NCBI GenBank assembly: GCA_903863935.1 | Contig: CAIPDV010000069.1 | Location: 19,322-83,321 of the forward strand | DNA: 64,000 nucleotides | From: an uncultured Bacteroidota bacterium | GTDB taxonomy: Bacteria > Bacteroidota > Bacteroidia > JABEUT01 | Direction: 5' to 3' | Shown here: positions 57,000 through 64,000 of the stretch, piece after piece | How the letters are laid out: every line of letters starts with the position of its first letter | Position numbering within the stretch: the first letter of the stretch is position 1 | Notes under the pieces: model-generated | Told to the model about the DNA's origin: nothing | Database searches by the model: none | The model's input: the letters and a program-made list of their open reading frames with translations, nothing else | Made by a program: the position numbers and the translations under genes

Positions 57000-57935
57000 A
57001 TGCGTATTAAAGTAGTATCATTCCTTATTCTTATTGGCTTTTTATCACTGCTTCCCTGCAAGGGAAATGCTTTGCCATTCGATTCGGCTTCGCTGCTGAA
57101 AGTTTACGAAGACTCCATGAAAGCGGTGCAGTTTATCCGGATAAATGCCCGCAGCGACAAAGAAAAGATGGAGGCTAATACAAAATTGTATAACTGGATG
57201 AGCAAAGCTCTTGCACTGCCCACTTCGTTCGATTATCCGTTTGATTCACTTAAAACCATAGGTAGGTTAATGTCACCTGACAAGCAATTCCGGATCATAA
57301 ATTGGGATGTGCCAGTGTCGGGCGGAAAGGTTGCCTATTATGGATTCATTCAATCGTTTAATGCCAAAAAAAAGAAATACGATGTATTTGTGCTTACCGA
57401 TAAAACGGAGGATATCATTAACCCTCAAAATGCTACTTGCACACCCGACAAATGGATGGGGATGCTTTACTTTAAAATAATTAAAGAAAAAGGAGTTAAG
57501 TTTTATACGTTACTGGCCTGGGAAGGGGTAAGCAAACAGATTACCCGAAAAGTTATTGATATACTAACATTCAATTCACAAGGTATCCCGACCTTTGGCA
57601 AAGCGGTTTTTATGAAGCTGCCTTCAACCTATAAAGGGGCTATTAAAAGAATGATCTTTGAATATTCGGCCGATGTAACTATGTCGTTGAGTTATAATGA
57701 CCCGAAGAACCAGATAGTGTTCGACTTACTTGGTCCGCGGGAAGATGGTCTGGAAGGTCAGCACCAGTACTATGGCCCTAGTTTTCAGATAGATGGGCTG
57801 AATTGGAGAAGCGGTATGTGGGAATATATAAGCAATGTAAAAGCCCTAAACCCCAATGATAAAGGCGACCCGAAATACAAAGACCCGAAGAACGATGATT
57901 ACAAAATAAATAAGAAGGTTTATAAGACCAAGTAA
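57000..57935 (+). CDS. Hypothetical secreted/lipoprotein-like protein
   Basis: Signal peptide with possible lipobox (LLPCKG). Confidence 0.35.
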   Translation: MRIKVVSFLILIGFLSLLPCKGNALPFDSASLLKVYEDSMKAVQFIRINARSDKEKMEANTKLYNWMSKALALPTSFDYPFDSLKTIGRLMSPDKQFRIINWDVPVSGGKVAYYGFIQSFNAKKKKYDVFVLTDKTEDIINPQNATCTPDKWMGMLYFKIIKEKGVKFYTLLAWEGVSKQITRKVIDILTFNSQGIPTFGKAVFMKLPSTYKGAIKRMIFEYSADVTMSLSYNDPKNQIVFDLLGPREDGLEGQHQYYGPSFQIDGLNWRSGMWEYISNVKALNPNDKGDPKYKDPKNDDYKINKKVYKTK

Positions 57936-57979
57936 GCGGGTTTTAGTACTTTTGACCATAATAATATTGTTCATATTTT

Positions 57980-59053
57980 ATGAAAGGAAAACACAACTTT
58001 AGCGCAGGACCTGCAATCCTTCCTGCGGAAGTAATTCAGGAAGCAGCAGCAGGCGTTTTAAACATCAACAACTCCGGACTATCCATTATTGAAGTATCGC
58101 ACCGGGATAAAGATTTTGTTGCCATTATGGAAGAAGCCCGTTCACTCGTAAAAGAGCTGATGGGTCTTGGTGACGAATACAAAGTTTTATACTTAGGCGG
58201 AGGTGCAAGCCTTCAGTTTGCCATGGTGCCGAGCAATCTGCTGGCAACGGGCGGCACTGCGGCTTATCTCGATACGGGCGTGTGGGCGCACAAAGCAATT
58301 AAGGAAGCTAAAATGGTTGGCAACATTAATGTTGTTGCTTCTTCGGAGAAGGAGAAATATAACCATATTCCAAAAAATTATGTAATCCCTACGGATGCGA
58401 ATTATCTGCACATTACATCCAACAATACGATTTACGGTACACAAATGCACCACTTTCCGGATTCACCAATTCCGGTGGTGTGCGATATGTCATCGGATAT
58501 TTTCAGCCGCCGCATGGACTTTAACAAGTTTGACCTGATATATGCAGGAGCCCAGAAAAACATGGGTGCAGCAGGAGCCACTATGGTTATTGTGAAAGAA
58601 AGCATTCTCGGTAAAACCGGAAGAAAAATGTTTTCGATGCTCGACTACCAGGTGCATATTAAAGGAGAATCGATGTATAACACACCTCCCGTGTTCTCGG
58701 TTTATGTTTGCTTGTTAACACTAAGATGGCTCAAGAAAAATGGCGGCCTTGCATGGATTGAAGAAATAAACCGCAGAAAAGCAGAAGCCATGTATGCTGA
58801 AATAGACCGCAATTCACTCTTCACTGGAACGGTTGTAAATGAAGACCGCTCCTGGATGAATGCTACCTTTCTGCTCACCAAACCCGAACTGGAAGAAACT
58901 TTTAACAAAATGTGGAAAGAAACCGGAATAGTGGGTATTAAAGGCCACCGTGATGTGGGTGGTTACCGTGCTTCAATGTATAATGCACTTACTATTGAGG
59001 ATGTGAATGCCCTGGTAAATGTAATGAAAGAACTGGAAAAGAAAAACGGATAA
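57980..59053 (+). CDS. serC: Phosphoserine aminotransferase
   Basis: N-terminus NFSAGPAILPAEV. PLP-binding region. ~357 aa. Adjacent to a serA-like gene. Confidence 0.9.
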   Translation: MKGKHNFSAGPAILPAEVIQEAAAGVLNINNSGLSIIEVSHRDKDFVAIMEEARSLVKELMGLGDEYKVLYLGGGASLQFAMVPSNLLATGGTAAYLDTGVWAHKAIKEAKMVGNINVVASSEKEKYNHIPKNYVIPTDANYLHITSNNTIYGTQMHHFPDSPIPVVCDMSSDIFSRRMDFNKFDLIYAGAQKNMGAAGATMVIVKESILGKTGRKMFSMLDYQVHIKGESMYNTPPVFSVYVCLLTLRWLKKNGGLAWIEEINRRKAEAMYAEIDRNSLFTGTVVNEDRSWMNATFLLTKPELEETFNKMWKETGIVGIKGHRDVGGYRASMYNALTIEDVNALVNVMKELEKKNG

Positions 59054-59112
59054 AATAATTGTAAATGAAATTCATTCAGCATTTACAATTCACAATTATT
59101 TAAAAATAGTAC

Positions 59113-60060
59113 ATGAAAAAAATACTGGCCAACGACGGAATGGAAGAAGAAGGAATCCGCATGTTGGAAAAAGAAGGATTTATTGTAGTAACTGAAAAAG
59201 TTGCACAGGATGAATTAGTGGAAGTTATTAATGCCGAAGATTTTTTGGCACTGGTAGTGCGGAGCGCAACCCGTGTCGACAAAGCCCTGATAGATGCTTG
59301 TCCGTCTTTACGCCTTATTGCACGCGGTGGAGTTGGTATGGATAACATTGATGTAGAACATGCAAAATCGAAAAACATACAGGTTGTAAATACACCTGCG
59401 GCTTCTTCTTTATCGGTGGCGGAATTGGTGATGGCAAGCATTTTCACTATGGCCCGTAATCTGGATGATGCCAACCGCAACATGCCCGTTAAAGGCCAAA
59501 CCGATTTCGGCGGATTAAAGAAAAAATATTCCAAAGGCATTGAAGTAAGTGGAAAGAATTTGGGAATTATTGGTTTCGGACGTATAGGCCAATGCCTTGC
59601 CAAACTTGGTTTAGGGACAGGTATGAATATATACGCTTACGACCCATACATACCGGAAGCTACATTGGAAATGACTCTGAATGGTTCACAAAAGGTGAAT
59701 GTGCAAATTAAAACCTGTACCATGGATGAACTCCTAGCTAAGAGTGATTTTATATCGCTGCATGTACCCGGAGGAAAAGTGATAGGCCATGCCCAGATAA
59801 AGAAAATGAAAAAAGGTGTAATGCTTGTGAATGCCTCTCGTGGCGGGGTTATTGAAGAACAGGCGTTGCTGGACGGATTAAACTCAGGTCATATTGCACA
59901 CGCTGCGCTTGATGTTTTTGAAGACGAAAAATCGCCCCGTGCCGAAATATTACACCACCATAAAATATCGCTCACTCCGCACATTGGCGGTTCCACCGAA
60001 GAAGCACAACAACGCATTGGTAAAGAACTAGCGGAAAAGATCATTCACTTTTTGAAGTAG
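59113..60060 (+). CDS. serA: D-3-phosphoglycerate dehydrogenase (D-isomer-specific 2-hydroxyacid dehydrogenase family)
   Basis: NAD-binding GIIGFGRIGQ. Catalytic-domain motifs. Genomic coupling to serC. Confidence 0.75.
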   Translation: MKKILANDGMEEEGIRMLEKEGFIVVTEKVAQDELVEVINAEDFLALVVRSATRVDKALIDACPSLRLIARGGVGMDNIDVEHAKSKNIQVVNTPAASSLSVAELVMASIFTMARNLDDANRNMPVKGQTDFGGLKKKYSKGIEVSGKNLGIIGFGRIGQCLAKLGLGTGMNIYAYDPYIPEATLEMTLNGSQKVNVQIKTCTMDELLAKSDFISLHVPGGKVIGHAQIKKMKKGVMLVNASRGGVIEEQALLDGLNSGHIAHAALDVFEDEKSPRAEILHHHKISLTPHIGGSTEEAQQRIGKELAEKIIHFLK

Positions 60061-60078
60061 TCGGAGTCCGACTGGCAA

Positions 60079-60552
60079 TTATCCTCCGTTTTGCACCATT
60101 CTCTTTATCAGCACAATCTGCCCCAAATGATAATGGCAATGTTCAATAATACCATGCAGATTGCGGTAGTAGTTGCCATATTTTTCATCCACAAATGTTT
60201 CCCAAAGTTTGCTCTCGGGTAATTGGTCAATCATACAGGCAAAGTTTTCTACCTCAGCGTAAGTTTTATCCAATAATTGTTTCCACTCATCTTCGGAGGT
60301 TATTGACGGATGAATAAAACTGTATTCATCTTTGGAATCGATAGGTTTCCCTTTGAACACCCGTGTTACAGCCTCCATGTAATAATTGGTGTGAAAGACA
60401 AGTGTAGCGATCGTGTTAAAGGAATAAACTTTTGTTGTCGCTTGCTGCCAGGTCACATCTTTTAAACTATCCTTAAAGTTTACAGCAGTCCAGTTGCCTC
60501 CAAAATAAACCTCTCGTAAATGCTTTGCTATTTGTCCCGCAATATCGGTCAT
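60079..60552 (-). CDS. DinB-family protein (second copy in the window)
   Basis: ~157 aa with conserved His cluster (HCHYHLGQI) typical of DinB/YfiT-like metal-dependent proteins. Confidence 0.45.
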   Translation of the reverse strand: MTDIAGQIAKHLREVYFGGNWTAVNFKDSLKDVTWQQATTKVYSFNTIATLVFHTNYYMEAVTRVFKGKPIDSKDEYSFIHPSITSEDEWKQLLDKTYAEVENFACMIDQLPESKLWETFVDEKYGNYYRNLHGIIEHCHYHLGQIVLIKRMVQNGG

Positions 60553-60577
60553 AACTTATAACTCATAACTTATAACT
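60550..60577. repeat. Heptad tandem repeat array CATAACT TATAACT CATAACT TATAACT abutting the start codon of the DinB-like gene
   Basis: Directly visible. Overlaps the annotated ATG at 60552 and fills the first ~28 nt of the leader. Confidence 0.6.
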
Positions 60578-60581
60578 GACT

Positions 60582-61205
60582 TTATGAGAACTTCTTATGG
60601 AACCAGAACAGCCTTGAAATGATTCCAACCCACATTAAAGTAATAATGCAAAAGGCTACCACCGGTAACCAGAAAGCAATAATAGCACTACCCAGTACAA
60701 TAGGAATTGCTAAGCGCGGTCCATGAATTTTGGTGCGCATTTGTTTCTGGCTGTGTTCATCGCGAATAAGTAGTTTGGGTTTAAATGTAGAGTAAAGCAG
60801 CAGCGCATATCCTGTAGATTGCAACAGATTAAATGCACAGTAAATAACCACTGCCGGCGTCGCATATTCGGTATCTAAATATTCCGCTACAAGGGCAGAT
60901 GCAAAAGGAAAAAGCACAATAGTGAGCAGATAAAAACCATTGGCAAACATTAAATGCAGCGATGATTTATCAAGTAGTTTAAAGATCCCATGGTGCGAAA
61001 GCCATCCCAGCAGGATAATGATAAAACTCAATACCACAGCGAATAAGTTAGGCCACAGTTTGCTTAATGCAATCCAGAATTCATGCACCGAATGAACGGA
61101 TTCCGCATTGGGTACTTTTATTTCCAATACCAGCAACGTGATTGCGATGGCAAAAATTCCATCGGAGAAAAACTCTAACCGTTCATTTTCTTTTATAGCA
61201 GACAT
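60582..61205 (-). CDS. DUF1211/TMEM175-like membrane protein (putative K+ channel family)
   Basis: N-terminal signature RLEFFSDGIFAIAITLLVLEI (RxxxFSDGxxAxxxTLLVLE). Six TM helices. Confidence 0.6.
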   Translation of the reverse strand: MSAIKENERLEFFSDGIFAIAITLLVLEIKVPNAESVHSVHEFWIALSKLWPNLFAVVLSFIIILLGWLSHHGIFKLLDKSSLHLMFANGFYLLTIVLFPFASALVAEYLDTEYATPAVVIYCAFNLLQSTGYALLLYSTFKPKLLIRDEHSQKQMRTKIHGPRLAIPIVLGSAIIAFWLPVVAFCIITLMWVGIISRLFWFHKKFS

Positions 61206-61330
61206 AATGGGGTGTATTGTGTTACAATATTAAGGAAAAATAAAATAATGCAGGAGTTGTTCATTAAGACTCATTTGAAACCAACGTAAGGGCAATAAAA
61301 AGATAATTGCCAGTTCGGCTCCGCCTACAA

Positions 61331-61360
61331 TTCATAGTTCATAGCTTATAGTTCATAGCT
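61331..61360. repeat. Heptad tandem repeat array TTCATAG TTCATAGC TTATAG TTCATAGC ~20 nt upstream of the uvrB start
   Basis: Directly visible. Same repeat family as at 10092, 14074 and 60550. Confidence 0.6.
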
Positions 61361-61380
61361 AATTGCCTAACTTTGCAACT

Positions 61381-63414
61381 ATGGAATTTCAATTAGAAGC
61401 CCCTTTTAGCCCAACAGGCGATCAGCCGCAAGCCATTGAACAACTTACCAAAGGGGTTACAAATGGTATTGCCAACCAGGTTTTGCTAGGTGTTACAGGC
61501 TCCGGTAAAACATTTACCATTGCCAACGTTATTGCCAATACCAAGAAACCCACTCTTGTGTTGAGCCACAATAAAACGCTGGCAGCACAGCTTTTTGGGG
61601 AGTTTAAAACGTTCTTTCCGAAGAATGCGGTGGAATATTTTGTCTCGTATTATGATTACTATCAGCCCGAGGCTTACCTTCCAACTACCAATACATACAT
61701 TGAAAAGGACCTTTCCATAAACGAAGAAATTGAAAAGTTGCGTTTGGCAACAACGTCGGCACTACTCTCCGGAAGGCGCGATATTATTGTGGTTTCATCG
61801 GTCTCGTGCATTTATGGTATTGGTAACCCGGTTGAGTTTGAAAATACGGTTATTGCCATACAAAAGAATCAAAAAATAAGCCGTACCAAGTTTTTAAATT
61901 TATTGGTCATTGCCCTCTATTCCCGCACCGAAGGCGACTTTGACCGGGGTAACTTCCGGGTGAAAGGTGATACCGTCGATATTTACCTGGCTTACGCCGA
62001 CCATGCTTTACGTGTGCAGTTTTTGGGTAATTCCATCGAAGGAATTGAAACCTTTGAAGCCTCTACAGGTAAGAGAATTGAATCACTGGATTCCATAAAA
62101 ATTTATCCTGCAAATATATTTGTCACTTCCCCTGATACATTAAATAAGTCGTTGCAAAACATTGCGGAAGATTTAGTGAAACAAGTCAATTTTTTAAAAG
62201 AGATTGGAAAGGATGAAGAAGCTGAACGGCTGCAAAAGCGCGTGAATTATGACCTGGAGATGATGCGCGAACTGGGCTACTGTTCAGGCATTGAAAACTA
62301 TTCGCGTTATTTTGACGGCAGAAGACCGGGTGAAAGGCCTTATTGCCTGCTTGATTATTTCCCGAAGGATTACCTGATGGTGATTGATGAAAGCCACGTA
62401 ACCATAGGACAAATAAATGGCATGTATGGAGGCGACCGTTCACGCAAAACTACGCTTGTTGATTATGGTTTCCGTATGCCTTCAGCACTGGATAACCGTC
62501 CGCTTAAGTTTGATGAGTTTGAAGCTTTCCAGACACAGACCATTTTTATGAGCGCAACCCCCGCTGATTACGAATTGCAAAAGGCGGAAGGTGTTGTGGT
62601 GGAGCAATTGATACGGCCCACTGGCTTGCTTGACCCGATTATTGAAGTGCGCCCTACACTCAACCAGATTGATAATTTATTGGAAGAAATCCGTAAAAAT
62701 GTAGAGATAGAAGAAAGAGTAATTATTACTACGCTCACCAAGCGCATGGCGGAAGAACTGGCCAAATACCTTGCCAAAGTAGATGTGCGTTGCCGTTATG
62801 TTCACTCCGATATTGATACGCTGGAGCGAGTTGAAATACTTCACGATTTGCGAATGGGCCTCTTTGATGTGCTGATTGGTGTTAATTTATTGAGAGAGGG
62901 TATTGACCTTCCGGAAGTATCGTTGCTGGCTATTTTAGATGCGGATAAAGAAGGTTTCCTGCGTTCGGAGCGTTCGCTTACGCAGATTGTAGGCCGTGTG
63001 GCACGTAACTCAAACGGGCGTGTTATAATGTATGCAGACCGCATAACAGGCTCGATGCAGAAAACAATGGATGAAACCCAGCGCAGGCGCAAAAAGCAAA
63101 TTGCTTATAACTACGAACATAATATTACTCCTACTACTATCATAAAAGGTAAGGAAAGTATTATGGAACAAGCCGGCCTTGGAGATTCAAGAAGTACGAA
63201 AGCGAAAATTTATTTAGCAAATACGGAAGCCCAGAATGCCGCTCTGGCTGCGGAATCACTTACTGAATACCAAAGTATACCTAAATTGGAAGACGAAATA
63301 AAACGCACTAAAAAGGCCATGGAAAAAGCAGCCAAAGAAATGGATTTTATTGAAGCAGCAAGGTTGCGCGACCATTTGCAGGCATTGCAAAAAATGCTTG
63401 AAAGCAAAAAATAA
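61381..63414 (+). CDS. uvrB: Excinuclease ABC subunit B
   Basis: Walker A GVTGSGKT, helicase motifs, and C-terminal UVR domain (EMDFIEAARLRDHL). Start set at MEFQLEAPF. Confidence 0.9.
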   Translation: MEFQLEAPFSPTGDQPQAIEQLTKGVTNGIANQVLLGVTGSGKTFTIANVIANTKKPTLVLSHNKTLAAQLFGEFKTFFPKNAVEYFVSYYDYYQPEAYLPTTNTYIEKDLSINEEIEKLRLATTSALLSGRRDIIVVSSVSCIYGIGNPVEFENTVIAIQKNQKISRTKFLNLLVIALYSRTEGDFDRGNFRVKGDTVDIYLAYADHALRVQFLGNSIEGIETFEASTGKRIESLDSIKIYPANIFVTSPDTLNKSLQNIAEDLVKQVNFLKEIGKDEEAERLQKRVNYDLEMMRELGYCSGIENYSRYFDGRRPGERPYCLLDYFPKDYLMVIDESHVTIGQINGMYGGDRSRKTTLVDYGFRMPSALDNRPLKFDEFEAFQTQTIFMSATPADYELQKAEGVVVEQLIRPTGLLDPIIEVRPTLNQIDNLLEEIRKNVEIEERVIITTLTKRMAEELAKYLAKVDVRCRYVHSDIDTLERVEILHDLRMGLFDVLIGVNLLREGIDLPEVSLLAILDADKEGFLRSERSLTQIVGRVARNSNGRVIMYADRITGSMQKTMDETQRRRKKQIAYNYEHNITPTTIIKGKESIMEQAGLGDSRSTKAKIYLANTEAQNAALAAESLTEYQSIPKLEDEIKRTKKAMEKAAKEMDFIEAARLRDHLQALQKMLESKK

Positions 63415-63429
63415 ATCAGCGGAAAAGCC

Positions 63430-63561
63430 TTAAAACATTTTCGATCCCGAGGCCGGATGCTTGTGTCTGCTGGAAGCATGGCCTGCATCGCAGGACACTA
63501 GAAATACAGCAGTCAATAGTACTCCGCAAACCAACAACGATATTTTTTTAAGTGTTTTCAT
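63430..63561 (-). CDS. Hypothetical 43-aa lipoprotein-like mini-protein (MKTLKKISLLVCGVLLTAVFLVSCDAGHASSRHKHPASGSKMF)
   Basis: Hand-translated. Signal peptide with LVSC lipobox and a basic/His-containing tail. Lies between uvrB and the transaldolase-like gene. Confidence 0.25.
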   Translation of the reverse strand: MKTLKKISLLVCGVLLTAVFLVSCDAGHASSRHKHPASGSKMF

Positions 63562-63565
63562 TTCT

Positions 63566-64000
63566 TTAAGCTTTAACTTTTTGAGATGCATTGTAATCGG
63601 CAAGGAATTTCTCCAGTCCTATATCGGTGAGTGGATGCTTTAACAAAGCCATAATAGAACTCAATGGGCAAGTAGCTACATCAGCTCCATACTCAGCACA
63701 TTTTACAATGTGAACAGGATGCCTGATAGATGCGGCCAGTATTTCGCACTTGTAATTGTAATTATCGAAAATCAAACGGATTTGTGCAATCAACTCCATT
63801 CCATCCTGAGAAATATCATCTAATCTTCCAATGAAAGGTGAAACATAAGCAGCACCTGCTTTGGCTGCCAATAGAGCCTGTCCGGCGGAAAAAATGAGCG
63901 TGCAGTTCACCTTAATGCCATTATCGTGTAAATATTTTATCGCCTTCACACCATCCTTTATCATCGGTATTTTTACCACAATGCGTGGGTGAATCTTTAC
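63566..64000 (-). CDS. Transaldolase / fructose-6-phosphate aldolase family protein (3' part; gene continues beyond the window)
   Basis: GRLDDIS and Schiff-base region (VSPFIGR) typical of TalC/Fsa-type transaldolases. The frame stays open to the window edge. Confidence 0.7.
   Translation of the reverse strand, partial: VKIHPRIVVKIPMIKDGVKAIKYLHDNGIKVNCTLIFSAGQALLAAKAGAAYVSPFIGRLDDISQDGMELIAQIRLIFDNYNYKCEILAASIRHPVHIVKCAEYGADVATCPLSSIMALLKHPLTDIGLEKFLADYNASQKVKA

Overview
This window reads as chromosomal DNA from a Bacteroidota genome, probably Sphingobacteriia- or Chitinophagia-like. Gene density is high. Type IX secretion (T9SS) C-terminal sorting tails, SprB-type repeats and gldB/gldF/gldG-like genes are present, and candidate promoters carry Bacteroidetes-style TAnnTTTG -7 boxes. 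Most of the window is core metabolism: nadD, mlaEF, rnz, tadA, hemH, msrB, an ABC-F ATPase, bioF-bioD, acyl-CoA dehydrogenase, rsmA, a UvrD/PcrA-family helicase, maf, acpP-fabF, rsmB, gpx, serC-serA and uvrB. A TonB-dependent receptor and three tRNAs (Arg-TCT, Pro-CGG, His-GTG) are also present. There is no CRISPR array, integrase or transposase. The region contains these unusual features: (1) three tandem head-to-tail copies of a small gene for a signal-peptide-bearing, extremely Lys/Ala/Pro-rich low-complexity protein, each with its own conserved promoter/leader and terminator; (2) a RelE/ParE-type toxin-antitoxin cassette inserted after fabF and flanked by a 53-bp duplication of the fabF 3' end; (3) two tandem mini-genes for His-rich lipoproteins next to heme A synthase; (4) a dispersed family of 7-bp tandem repeat arrays (TCATARY x4-5) sitting immediately upstream of four start codons (nadD, hemH, a DinB-like gene, uvrB); (5) an 11-12-bp tandem array upstream of hemH; (6) a 64-bp perfect palindrome at the pcrA/gldB junction; (7) two adjacent paralogous giant T9SS cargo proteins with SprB-type repeats; (8) a YCII + ECF42-like sigma factor cluster. 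All calls come from reading the sequence and translated ORFs; no database searches were run.
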